A stretch of DNA of 64,000 nucleotides from IMG/VR virus record IMGVR_UViG_3300029822_000001, positions 1 through 64,000 of that record; one strand, written 5' to 3'. Shown here in pieces: positions 27,091 through 36,837 of this stretch. Origin of the DNA: a virus. A model generated the notes under the pieces. It saw only the letters and a list, made by a program, of their open reading frames with translations. It was not told where the DNA came from and did no database searches. Positions within the stretch are counted from its first letter, which is position 1. Each line of letters opens with the position of its first letter. The translations under genes were made by a program, and so were the position numbers.

Positions 27091-28161
27091 ATGAAAACAT
27101 TTCAGAAGATTAAAACTGTAGAAAACGAAGAAAAGTATGAGCAAAAACTAGCTAATAAGTATGGTAAAGACAACATTAGTACCATTCAAAAGAACGACCG
27201 GCTAGTGGTTACTGAAAAAATTGATGGCTCCAATGCACAGGTAAGAAACCATCAGGGTAAACTATATGTGTACAGTCATCATAAACAATTAGACGAGAGT
27301 AATACTTTGAACGGTTTTTATAACTTTGTTATGGAACACGAGAAAGCGTTATTAGAACTAATTCCAGCCGGGTACTCTTTCTTTGGTGAATGGCTGACAC
27401 CTCACCACGTTAAGTATCCAGAAAAGGCGTATAAAAAGTGGTACTTATTTGATATGTTTAAGTTTGATAATGATGACACATTTACTGATACTGGTGAGTA
27501 CTTAGGAATTAATAAGGTAGTTTCAGCAGGTATGTATGCCAGGGTATACAATTTGGATAGTAGTTTTGAAGGGTATATCTATGAGTTTTCAGTACCCGAT
27601 GTATATACCGTTCCTATCTACTCTAACTTAGAAAGTAATTATAAAGCTCCTGAGTCTATTTCGGATTTAGACACTCTAAGACAGGTGTTGTCTAGTCATT
27701 CCTTGTTAGGTGCTGACGGTGGTAAAGAAGAAGGAATTGTGGTAACTGATACAAGTAAAATAGTTTCTATTGATGAGCAGACTAAGGGACCCCTTAGAAT
27801 CAAATGTGTTAATGAAGCCTTTAAAGAGATTAGAAGTAGTAAGAAACCTTTAGGTGCTGGTGCTAAGGCTGCTATGGAATGGGCTAATAAGTATATTACA
27901 GAACCTCGAGTAAGAAAGCAGATTTATGAGCTACAAGACAACGGTGTTATTTCAAAAGAACTTTCGTTTGAGATGTTTCAAGATGGTACCACTAGCAATA
28001 TTGCTAAGTTAGTGTTTGGCGATGCTATGGAGGAATCTGAAGAAACTCCAGAAGCACTTACTGTTGCATCTTCCTCATATGAGAAGAACAATGAACGTGT
28101 ACTTAATTTTGCCCGTAAATTAGTAAACAAAGTAATTGCATTGAGTATTAAAGGTATGTAA
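27091..28161 (+). CDS. RNA ligase (Rnl2-like)
   Basis: TEKIDGSN, FGEW, LFD, EEGIVV nucleotidyltransferase motifs. Confidence 0.85.
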   Translation: MKTFQKIKTVENEEKYEQKLANKYGKDNISTIQKNDRLVVTEKIDGSNAQVRNHQGKLYVYSHHKQLDESNTLNGFYNFVMEHEKALLELIPAGYSFFGEWLTPHHVKYPEKAYKKWYLFDMFKFDNDDTFTDTGEYLGINKVVSAGMYARVYNLDSSFEGYIYEFSVPDVYTVPIYSNLESNYKAPESISDLDTLRQVLSSHSLLGADGGKEEGIVVTDTSKIVSIDEQTKGPLRIKCVNEAFKEIRSSKKPLGAGAKAAMEWANKYITEPRVRKQIYELQDNGVISKELSFEMFQDGTTSNIAKLVFGDAMEESEETPEALTVASSSYEKNNERVLNFARKLVNKVIALSIKGM

Positions 28162-28179
28162 TAAGATAGGAGAGATACT

Positions 28180-28515
28180 ATGTCAATACCAGTTAATGTA
28201 CATTTACCAGTACCCCATAATTTCCAGCCTCAGGGAGATACCGAAAAAGTTACTTCAGGGTACTGTGAGATTAGAGTTAAGGATTATCAGCTAAGTGCTT
28301 TGAGTGATACTAAGTTGATATCACCGGAGATGATTATCAAGGGTAGTTACGAAGATAACAGCTTTACTCTATCCTTGCCAATGGATAAGCCAGAGTTTGT
28401 AGGCTATGTAATTCAATTATGTACCTATACTAAAAAGGTGCATTTTTACCAAGGAGTAGCTATATCTGTAGGCAGTTTTGTAGTGATTGCTGTTATGTGG
28501 CTTCTTAGCCTGTAA
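28180..28515 (+). CDS. Hypothetical membrane-anchored protein
   Basis: C-terminal TM segment; RBS. Confidence 0.55.
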   Translation: MSIPVNVHLPVPHNFQPQGDTEKVTSGYCEIRVKDYQLSALSDTKLISPEMIIKGSYEDNSFTLSLPMDKPEFVGYVIQLCTYTKKVHFYQGVAISVGSFVVIAVMWLLSL

Positions 28516-28587
28516 TAACATAAAGTAACTATTGATTGTACAAAGGATATTTGTTATAATGTAAGCATAAAGGAAGGAAATAGTATA

Positions 28588-29088
28588 ATGAAAACATCAG
28601 AGTTAGTATCAAAGTTAAAGGAATTAGGCTTTACCGCTAAGGTACCTGAAGATGGTAAAAGTACCCATGAAGAATGGCTGGGTATTTATTATAGTACTTC
28701 TCCTACCTTAGTTTTCGTTGCAAATGTTTCTACGCAGCACTATGGATTGGTTGAGACAACTATGTGTTGTACTACTTCGGGTAATCTTCAGTATATTAAG
28801 GCGTTTCAAGTAATCTTAGAGTATACCTTAACTCCCTTAGACGAACGAGAGGATACTAAGAAGTATGTAGTTAAAATGATACCTGAAGGGGATAACTACG
28901 TTAACCAAGACATCTATGATAAACATATCTTCTTTTCTAGTAAGAGTGAAACAGATAGGTGCAAGACACACTTTACGGAAAAAGAGTATAATAAGGTACA
29001 AGAACAGAACGCTACCTGGTTACCTAAGTTTGACAAAAGTGACCCTCACTTTGTTGAGGTACCAGATGATGAGTATGAAGAATGGTAG
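28588..29088 (+). CDS. Hypothetical phage protein
   Basis: C-terminal Y.V...Y.N...F...T.FT..EY domain also repeated in 45412-47061. Confidence 0.6.
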   Translation: MKTSELVSKLKELGFTAKVPEDGKSTHEEWLGIYYSTSPTLVFVANVSTQHYGLVETTMCCTTSGNLQYIKAFQVILEYTLTPLDEREDTKKYVVKMIPEGDNYVNQDIYDKHIFFSSKSETDRCKTHFTEKEYNKVQEQNATWLPKFDKSDPHFVEVPDDEYEEW

Positions 29089-29596
29089 ACCTGTAAGCTA
29101 GAGATAAAGTAATAAATGGTATTAATTATAGTTAGGGAAACCTAACTTTTTACATACGGAGTATAAGTATTGTACTAATTTGTATCTATTTATAGTACCA
29201 GGGGTAGTACCTTATTGAGCTGCAACATATTTAATAGGGGGGGTGGGTACCCCTTTTTATACATTATATGGTAGTACCCTGTAGGGTAGTACCTTATGGA
29301 ATTGTACCAAATTTAATATGGGGGTACCCCCTTTGTGTACCAAGGGGTAGTACCTATAAGGGTACTGGAGTAGTACCCAGGAAGGGTACCCGTGTTCATG
29401 GTGGGTAACTTATACGATATTTTTCTGGTAAAATATTTGAGCCCCAGGTAGTAAAAAGGTAGGTAGTACCTTAGGCCGTACACGATCCAAAAAACGGGGG
29501 GGTGGGGGTACACTGGTACACTAGTGTACTAATAAAGTATAACACCTAGGTATCAAGGCAACAAAAAAAGGGTACCCACTTGAGTACCCTTGAATG

Positions 29597-29839
29597 TTAT
29601 TGTAAGTCTATAAACCCTACTAAATTCCGGTATTTGTCCCCGTTCCTTTTATATTCTACCTTAGCCACGTTGGTATCAACCTTATCAATATCAATATACC
29701 CAGATGGTACTGTGAAGGACTGGAAGCCCTTATCAGCTAAGGCGCTATAGTCAACGGATTTAACAAATGCTAGTTTATCGCCCACCAACAAATCCAAATG
29801 TAACTCTTGTAATTGAATCATTATAGTATTATCTAACAT
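29597..29839 (-). CDS. Early hypothetical protein (terminal region)
   Basis: Own TTGCAA..TATAAT promoter and AGGAGG RBS. Confidence 0.65.
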   Translation of the reverse strand: MLDNTIMIQLQELHLDLLVGDKLAFVKSVDYSALADKGFQSFTVPSGYIDIDKVDTNVAKVEYKRNGDKYRNLVGFIDLQ

Positions 29840-29915
29840 AGTATGTAACCTCCTAAGATTGTTTGGTATTTGCTTACAAGAATAATTATAACATAACTGG
29901 CTAGGATTGCAACCC

Positions 29916-30296
29916 CTAAAATTCTACAATTTGACGGCCGTTAACTAGTGATACGTAGCCGTTACCGATTGCCACCATGCCATCACTCACAACTTGAAAA
30001 GTATCCTTAGATGAGTAAAAGTGCATTTCAGGTACACAGCCGATCAGCTCATATAAAAATGTTTCAATGCTATCAATATCTGAACGACTTTCACCATATA
30101 CGACTGTACCAACGCCATCGGTTACGGTTGCTGTTAGTGTACCATAGTGATATAGCTTATAATCGTTACCCTCGCAAGTAACACGGTATTTTTCAACATG
30201 TTGCTTCTCACCATATTCACCACGATAAGAGTATGCCTTTGCTACGCCCTTGTGTTCTGCACGTTCGATTAAAGTTAAAATAGTTTTGTTTTCCAT
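29916..30296 (-). CDS. Early hypothetical protein
   Basis: Type A cassette upstream. Confidence 0.65.
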   Translation of the reverse strand: MENKTILTLIERAEHKGVAKAYSYRGEYGEKQHVEKYRVTCEGNDYKLYHYGTLTATVTDGVGTVVYGESRSDIDSIETFLYELIGCVPEMHFYSSKDTFQVVSDGMVAIGNGYVSLVNGRQIVEF

Positions 30297-30738
30297 AATA
30301 TGTAACCTCCTAAGGTTAAGTGCTTCTGTTCTGCTTCCTTACTACTCTTTAATAGTACCATACTGCCTAATAGGTGTCAACAACTTTTATTGAATTAATT
30401 TATTTTTTTTATGCAACTCCTTTTTGTTTGCTACTTGCTTACAAGAACAAGTATATCATAACTAGCTAGAATTGCAACCCCTTTTAGCAAATTAATTTGA
30501 GTTGTTTGCTTGCTTGTTACTTACTTGCTACTTGCTTACAAGAACAAGTATATCATAGCGGGCTAGAATTGCAACCCCTTTTAGCAAATTAATCTAACTT
30601 ATTTTTCTTTCCTTTATAGGCAACCCCTTTTTTGTTTGGTCTGATAATTAATATTTCCCCCTTGTATCTTTAGCTAGTATATGATACACTAACCCTAGTT
30701 GGGTACCCTATAAAGGTACCAGAAAGGAGACAACAACT

Positions 30739-30918
30739 ATGCAAAGACGAAAGAAACCATTGAACCCGTTAGCTTCGCTGGTGCTGTTAGTTGTGCTGGT
30801 ACTGTTAGGGGCTGCGCTGATCCTGCTTGCCTTAATAGGTATCATAGCGGATCCATGGGGCGTTCTGTGGGGGGTATTGTTGGGTAGTGCCTTGTACTAC
30901 GTACATTATAGGGGGTAA
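30739..30918 (+). CDS. Small membrane protein (59 aa)
   Basis: AAGGAG RBS; MQRRKKPLNPLASLVLLVVLVLLG...; below the ORF-track cutoff. Confidence 0.6.
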   Translation: MQRRKKPLNPLASLVLLVVLVLLGAALILLALIGIIADPWGVLWGVLLGSALYYVHYRG

Positions 30919-31069
30919 ACCATTATCCCTTTGTACCCTGCTATAGCTAGGTACCTTTTATGAGGTCATTATTATTTTTCACAGTAAACTATTATATAGC
31001 TGAGTTCTTTTATGGGTACACTCTTGATTTTTACATTACAAAACTATATAATAAGGAGGGTAACCAGAT

Positions 31070-31201
31070 ATGGCAATTATTCGGTTCAGCATGTACCTAT
31101 TGGTAACCTTGATAGTGTTACAGTTGATTGTACAAGGTAACGTGCTGGTATTATTGGCTAGTGTCTTGTATCTATTAGGTTACATGGGAGGTAAGCAATG
31201 A
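31070..31201 (+). CDS. Small membrane protein (43 aa)
   Basis: AAGGAGG RBS; hydrophobic. Confidence 0.55.
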   Translation: MAIIRFSMYLLVTLIVLQLIVQGNVLVLLASVLYLLGYMGGKQ

Positions 31202-31365
31202 ACACCATTAGAACGTTAGTGGTAGCCTATGGCAGTGCTATTGTACTAACTTGGTTCGGTTACTTGGTGCACTGGGTAACCTTAGTAGGCGCCTTTGGTA
31301 TTAGCTTAGTAATGCTAGGGTTGCTGGGGGTAACAAGTTGGTTATCCAGTTGGTTAGATAATTAG
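31198..31365 (+). CDS. Small membrane protein (55 aa)
   Basis: ATGA overlap with the previous gene; GGAGG RBS; hydrophobic. Confidence 0.55.
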   Translation: MNTIRTLVVAYGSAIVLTWFGYLVHWVTLVGAFGISLVMLGLLGVTSWLSSWLDN

Positions 31366-31514
31366 GTAATAGCTGGGGATGATTATGGTACCTCCCTGTA
31401 TAAGGCCTATAATGGCCGTCTAAGCCGTTGTACCTAATTTAGGCATAAGTTATAAGGGTACCATTTATTTAACCTAATAGGTACCTTAAATGAATAATAA
31501 AGGAGTATATAGCG

Positions 31515-31847
31515 ATGATTACATTAGAAGAGTTAAAACAACGGGTACAGACCATGCAACATTTAGCTGAATCACTTGGTAAGGTAGATTGGGTACACTA
31601 TAAGTCCAACCAAGATAACTTTCAGGTACTGGGGGATAGCCTATTTTTACAGTTGGTACCTATGTACTATGGTACGGGGTACCAAGTAGGCAATATTTTG
31701 GACTACGTAAAGGATAACAAGGTGGGTAACGTTCCTTTAAAGGTAACCTGTACCTATGATGACCATGGTACCTTACGCTATTACAACCCAAATAGTACCC
31801 TTGAATTAGAAGCCTTTTATTCCTTGGTACAAAAGGAAAACAAATAA
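31515..31847 (+). CDS. Hypothetical protein
   Basis: AAGGAG RBS. Confidence 0.6.
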   Translation: MITLEELKQRVQTMQHLAESLGKVDWVHYKSNQDNFQVLGDSLFLQLVPMYYGTGYQVGNILDYVKDNKVGNVPLKVTCTYDDHGTLRYYNPNSTLELEAFYSLVQKENK

Positions 31848-32086
31848 CAGCAGGGTACCTTTATTTGGTTACTTGAGCGGATGACCCTAGTACACGATTA
31901 ATAACCTTGTTAGGTACTTACTTAGGTAGGTACCTTTTTTGTACCCTTTTTACCTATACCAATTGGACAATGTACGCCCTTTTACCCTTAGAGGTACCAC
32001 GCTTTTCCCCTAGGGTAAGAGCGTCCATAAACCCCGGTATATCAACATTTTACTTTTTTTCGGTACTTTTTATTTTACTTTTGTAC

Positions 32087-32373
32087 TTGACGTATACCAA
32101 TTTGTATGCTATACTGTATTTAGTTCAGTAAAGGAGACGATACTTACCTCGATACCATCAGTTACATAAGCTTGTACCCCCGGTAAATGCCCCTAACCGT
32201 TAGCAGGTAAATTGTAAGGGACTGTACACTTCTCTGTACAAAAAAGGGTACACTACCGGGGTACAATGCTTGCACCCTATACATTAATAGGTACCGGCTA
32301 GTAGCAATTGGCCTATGTAACTCCCTTATTTACTTTTCAATACCATTATACCAAATTAGGGTACTTTTGTCAA
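32087..32373. other. Convergent-promoter non-coding unit, copy 1
   Basis: Forward TTGACG-N17-TATACT, reverse TTGACA-N17-TATAAT, core shared with copy 2. Confidence 0.6.
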
Positions 32374-32579
32374 CCCTTATTTCTACCTTGTTATTCTCCT
32401 GTATGAGCCATTGTACCCCGGTACCCTTATAACTTAACCTGTTACCCCTTAGAATGGCTTAGATAGCCTATTAGGTACCTTATATGGCATTGTATGGGGT
32501 TAGTACCTAAGCTGGTACCCTTGTAAGACTCCTTGAATAAACTAAGGTAATTTATTTAGCTATTTTGGTACATTTACCC

Positions 32580-32869
32580 TTGACAGACATGGTAAAATAT
32601 GGTACAATCATTTATGTAAGGTAAGGAGGTAATAATATGGTACCTAAATACAGTTGAATAAGTTAGGTTCAAAGGTAAATGCTCCTACCCTTTAGCAGAT
32701 AAATTCTAAGGGAACCTGTACTTCTTTGCTATTTTTGTACATACTTCCGGGGTCATTTGATTGTACCTACCTATACCTAAGTAGCTACGGGCTTATATCA
32801 GCTTACCCAATTCCTTTTACCCTATCTTTATTATGGTACAAGTATACCATATTTAGACTACCTTTTCAA
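32580..32869. other. Convergent-promoter non-coding unit, copy 2
   Basis: Forward TTGACA-N17-TACAAT, reverse TTGAAA-N17-TATACT, core shared with copy 1. Confidence 0.6.
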
Positions 32870-33200
32870 CCCCTTTTGTAACTTTGTTTTATCTTTATAG
32901 TACCCTTGTAGTACCTCTATAATTTCCGTGTAAGAAACTTTAGTACCCGTGTATGTAATTAGCCTTGTACTCGCTTATAAGCCTGTACAGGGCTATTTTT
33001 GTGCCTTGTAGCTTATCTGGTACATGTATCGGTACTTACACGGGTAATTCAGTTGGTATTTCTGTGTACTAGACTGGCACACTAGTACTCCGTTGGTTAC
33101 TTGGTTAGGTACCTATGTAGTTAACCAGTGTAATAGCTAGGTATGACACTGAAAGGTACAGTAACGGGTACGCCGACAACGCAAAAGCTGGGGCTTTATT

Positions 33201-33335
33201 ATCTATACCTATCTATCTATACCTATCTATCTATACCTATCTATCTATACCTATCTATCTATACCTATCTATCTATACCTATCTATCTATACCTATCTAT
33301 CTATACCTATCTATCTGTACCTATCTATCTGTACC
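33201..33335. repeat. 14-bp minisatellite (ATCTATACCTATCT) x about 9
   Basis: Directly visible perfect tandem array that degrades at the right end. Confidence 0.92.
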
Positions 33336-33571
33336 CACCTACCTGCTTCATACATACCCCGTACGTACCTGCCTGCTGGTACCCGTACCTATTCTACCGG
33401 TACCAATCTACCTATCTACTTGTATCCACCCCCGTACCTCATGTACACACACGTAGCCTACAAGTACCCTAGTACCCTTTTAGGTAGCTAGGCACGTACC
33501 CGGTATAATACACGTATACAAGGGTACAAAAAAGAGTACCCTCTCAAGAGAGTACCCTCATAATCTATTGA

Positions 33572-33841
33572 CTATTGCAATTCTTCTAAAGCTTCTTCAA
33601 TTTCATCATCAGATACAAGGTCATCTACTGTGTCAGCTTCGTGAGTATTCGCATAGTAATCACCAACTCGGATATAGTCACAGTCTAATTTCAAATTTGA
33701 CAGCCTAACCATGCTAGAGATTTCATAGGGTTCATAGGCGGTCATAAACTCCTCAATAGGCATGATAATCAAATCACCATCATAGATTAACTGTTCCATA
33801 GCCGTTGCCCGTTGTTCTTCTGTAAATTTAGTAGTTGTCAT
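33572..33841 (-). CDS. Early acidic hypothetical protein
   Basis: Type A cassette upstream. Confidence 0.65.
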   Translation of the reverse strand: MTTTKFTEEQRATAMEQLIYDGDLIIMPIEEFMTAYEPYEISSMVRLSNLKLDCDYIRVGDYYANTHEADTVDDLVSDDEIEEALEELQ

Positions 33842-33937
33842 TGTATACCCTCCTAAAGGTTATAAATCTGTTACGTTCTGTTACCATCTTGGTACTCTTT
33901 AATAGTACCATAATACTTAATAAGTGTCAACGTTTAC

Positions 33938-34270
33938 TTATACATCTCTTTGAATGCTTTGCTTCTCAATAGATAAATCAGCACTATACTTACCACAGAA
34001 TCCATCAGCACTAATTTTAGTGTACTCAAAGTTCTTGCCATAGTCTACTTGACAAGTACCAAAGTTACCCTTTACTTCTTCAATGAAGTTTTTTACATAA
34101 TTCACGGCCGAATTTTTCTGCTGAAACACATTGGCAAATGCTTCATCAATATTGTACCCGTTTTTAACGTGCCCCGTTAGTACATAAACAAAGCTACTTG
34201 GTGCTACCTTGCTAATAGCCTTTTCAACTGCTTGGTTATTACCTGCAATATTATTCCGTAAGTCTTTCAT
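33938..34270 (-). CDS. Early hypothetical protein (start at MKDLRNN)
   Basis: The cassette RBS precedes the internal ATG. Confidence 0.6.
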   Translation of the reverse strand: MKDLRNNIAGNNQAVEKAISKVAPSSFVYVLTGHVKNGYNIDEAFANVFQQKNSAVNYVKNFIEEVKGNFGTCQVDYGKNFEYTKISADGFCGKYSADLSIEKQSIQRDV

Positions 34271-34388
34271 GATATGTAACCTCCTAAAGGTTAAGTTCTT
34301 CTGTTCTGCTTCCTTACTACTCTTTAATAGTAGCATGATAACCAACTAGTGTCAACAAGTATTTTAAACTTGTTTCACATGAAACATT

Positions 34389-34574
34389 TTAGTATTCACT
34401 CCACGGATCTTCGTAGTTAAGCGTATGCTTAACAGCTTCACTAATGGAACAACCGGTCAACATCAGCCAATTTTCAACGTTACCTAGGATAATTGTTAAA
34501 TCTTCTTCACTAACCTGCATACCGGACTTTTTTACTTCCTGTAATACCTTACTTTTCAATTCATTGTTACCCAT
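34389..34574 (-). CDS. Early hypothetical protein
   Basis: GGGGG RBS. Confidence 0.55.
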   Translation of the reverse strand: MGNNELKSKVLQEVKKSGMQVSEEDLTIILGNVENWLMLTGCSISEAVKHTLNYEDPWSEY

Positions 34575-34589
34575 AGTGTTTCCCCCTTA

Positions 34590-34892
34590 CTAGCTTAATG
34601 CACTTGCAAACACCTCTTGCAACCCGTCAATAATAGCTTCTTTTTCTTCCTTTTCCGTTAAGTCCCCCTCGGGTAGAAAATCACAAATATATGTTGAATT
34701 AGTGTCCCACATAAACTGCTTGTTTTTAAACTTAGGTACTGTAAAAATCTTGACACCAATGTGGTACTGGTAGCCCTCGTACGTATTAAAGGCATCTTTA
34801 TGAACACTTGTTATCTTAATATCGCTAGTACCCTCTTTGTTACGGTTCAAAAAGTCCAACAAAGAATTTAAGTTACTGAAATGACTTGCCAT
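34590..34892 (-). CDS. Early hypothetical protein
   Basis: Type A cassette upstream. Confidence 0.6.
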   Translation of the reverse strand: MASHFSNLNSLLDFLNRNKEGTSDIKITSVHKDAFNTYEGYQYHIGVKIFTVPKFKNKQFMWDTNSTYICDFLPEGDLTEKEEKEAIIDGLQEVFASALS

Positions 34893-35066
34893 AATATGTA
34901 ACCCCCTAAGGTTATAAAGCTGTTCTGTTCTGCTGCCTTTTTACTACTCTTTAATAGTATCATGATACCCAGTAAGTGTCAACAAGTATTTTACCGCTTG
35001 TAATTCGGTTATTCCTTATCAACCTTACAAGAACTATTATAGCATATATTTCAGATAATGCAACCC

Positions 35067-35501
35067 CTAATTTGAATATCTTTTTAGATCTAGTGTACTG
35101 TGGTTATCTGTACACTTATTTAGATAAGCGGTAATGATTAGTTGCTTGTTGGTACTAACTACGATACATAAATTAACTAAGTGAACTTCACTGGATAACT
35201 TACAATAGAAAGAATCGGTACCCCGTAACAAGTATCGAGTATCTTTACCGGTGGTATTTACCTCGATAACCTTGTAGTGGTTGCGTTGAATAATATCCTG
35301 TAGCGCCCATTTAGGCAGGTATACGCGCTTTGCGTGTACCTTGTGCTGTAAGTGGTAGGACAGCTTCTTGATGGTAGCCAAGTGGGCACATAAGTCTTTC
35401 AGTGCCATATGTTGCGTGTACTCATCAAGGGAACTGAATAGGTACTTAACTTGATTAGGCGTGTACTTGGCTACATGTTTGGATTGCTTAACTTGATACA
35501 T
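35067..35501 (-). CDS. Early hypothetical protein (possible RNase-like fold)
   Basis: S.H...K...R motif and C-terminal IITAYLN; cassette upstream. Confidence 0.55.
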   Translation of the reverse strand: MYQVKQSKHVAKYTPNQVKYLFSSLDEYTQHMALKDLCAHLATIKKLSYHLQHKVHAKRVYLPKWALQDIIQRNHYKVIEVNTTGKDTRYLLRGTDSFYCKLSSEVHLVNLCIVVSTNKQLIITAYLNKCTDNHSTLDLKRYSN

Positions 35502-35629
35502 GATGGTACTCCCCTTTGCTTTACTGTTCCTGTTTTGCTTCCTTACTACTCTTTAATAGTATCACGATATCTAATAGCTGTCAACAAGCATTTTAAACTT
35601 GTTTCAATTAGCACTAATGAGGATACCCC

Positions 35630-36160
35630 CTAATCTTTTCTCCAACAGTTATAGTAAATTGAGTTCTCGTCCCGTAAATAGTAAGCACCATCGGGGTACA
35701 TGTCCCATAATTCACTACGCATGTAGTCTTTTTCGGTGTCTGTACTGTAAATATCATCATAGTCCTTGGTAAAGTGTTTCAATAAAATGTCTGCATATAA
35801 GTTTGCCAAGGCCATAGGCACTTGTAATTCTTTGTTATCTTCGTAAGCGTTAACCATACCCTGTGCCTTGACCAGCTGTTCTTCAGAGAATACCCAAACC
35901 ATATAGGCAGAATGTACTAAACTTCGGAGAAATAGGTACGGATTATTCACGTTGATACAATTAGTAGGGTATTTACTGTACCCAATTGAGTAACTACTTA
36001 CCCCTTCTAATGGAAACATAACTCCGTCCACTACATCTTTAGTATCTTCTAGGATACGGTTGTGTACCTTATTCATAACTTTAGAATTATCTCGTAAGGC
36101 GGCGATGTCATTTTCATTCAGTTGGTTCAAAAGAACTTTGTTCATAAGCATGCTATTCAT
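35630..36160 (-). CDS. Early hypothetical protein (start at MNSML)
   Basis: The cassette RBS precedes the internal ATG. Confidence 0.6.
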   Translation of the reverse strand: MNSMLMNKVLLNQLNENDIAALRDNSKVMNKVHNRILEDTKDVVDGVMFPLEGVSSYSIGYSKYPTNCINVNNPYLFLRSLVHSAYMVWVFSEEQLVKAQGMVNAYEDNKELQVPMALANLYADILLKHFTKDYDDIYSTDTEKDYMRSELWDMYPDGAYYLRDENSIYYNCWRKD

Positions 36161-36234
36161 AATATGTAACCTCCTAAGGTTATAAAGCTGTTCCTGTTCT
36201 GTTACCATCTTTCTACTCTTTAATAGTACCATGG

Positions 36235-36687
36235 TTAGAAATAGATGTCAACCCTTTTTTCGTACTTTTTTGTAACTTCTTCAAAGATTGTTGTTAGTAG
36301 CTTGTTGCTATGCCGCCCCCGTGGTAACTCTTCTATAGTAGAAGTAAATAGTACGTTAGACAAGCCATCACATAAGATCACCGGATTGCTGGAAACACTT
36401 TTATACACTAGCAGAAAATACTTACCATCACTAAGGATATTAGCACATGGTACACTATCCCTTAACCCTAAGTTTATTTTTCCACTATCTAAATGAATGG
36501 CGTCACTATCAAATTCAGAACAAGCTGGAACATAGGCATAAACATTTGTAAAAGTGTTAGCTTTCTTCCTATCATTGTCAAAGTTTTCCATAACCGTTCG
36601 GACAATACTCTTATAAAGTACCTGCGCCCCCTTGTCTGCATTGTAGCTTTCTGCCTCGTGGTGACTTAAGAACTTAAATAATTTCAT
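36235..36687 (-). CDS. Hypothetical protein (start at MKLFKF)
   Basis: AGGAGGAG RBS. Confidence 0.6.
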   Translation of the reverse strand: MKLFKFLSHHEAESYNADKGAQVLYKSIVRTVMENFDNDRKKANTFTNVYAYVPACSEFDSDAIHLDSGKINLGLRDSVPCANILSDGKYFLLVYKSVSSNPVILCDGLSNVLFTSTIEELPRGRHSNKLLTTIFEEVTKKYEKRVDIYF

Positions 36688-36837
36688 ACTTGCTCCTCCT
36701 TTCATGTTTAGCCTAATGATACAAAAAAAGCGGGTACCTGTCAAGGGTATTCCGCATTTTTTTATTTACCTTTTTTCCCATATAGGCGTTTTTATTTTTC
36801 ACACTAAACTATTATATAGCAGAGGGTCACCTTCTAT

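Larger units (their letters stand above)
29868..36251 (-). promoter_or_regulatory. Two families of repeated strong early promoter/RBS cassettes
   Basis: Type A (TTGACA-N17-TACTAT...AGAACAG..CCTTAGGAGG) near 30300-30381, 33843-33930, 34272-34355, 34893-34982, 35510-35585, 36160-36251; type B (GGGTTGCA...TATA(A/C)T..TTCTTGTAAG) near 29868, 30435, 30530, 35023. Confidence 0.85.

Noticed and set aside
33143-33472. 109-aa ORF
   Set aside because: It is merely the translation of the 14-bp minisatellite and has no RBS.
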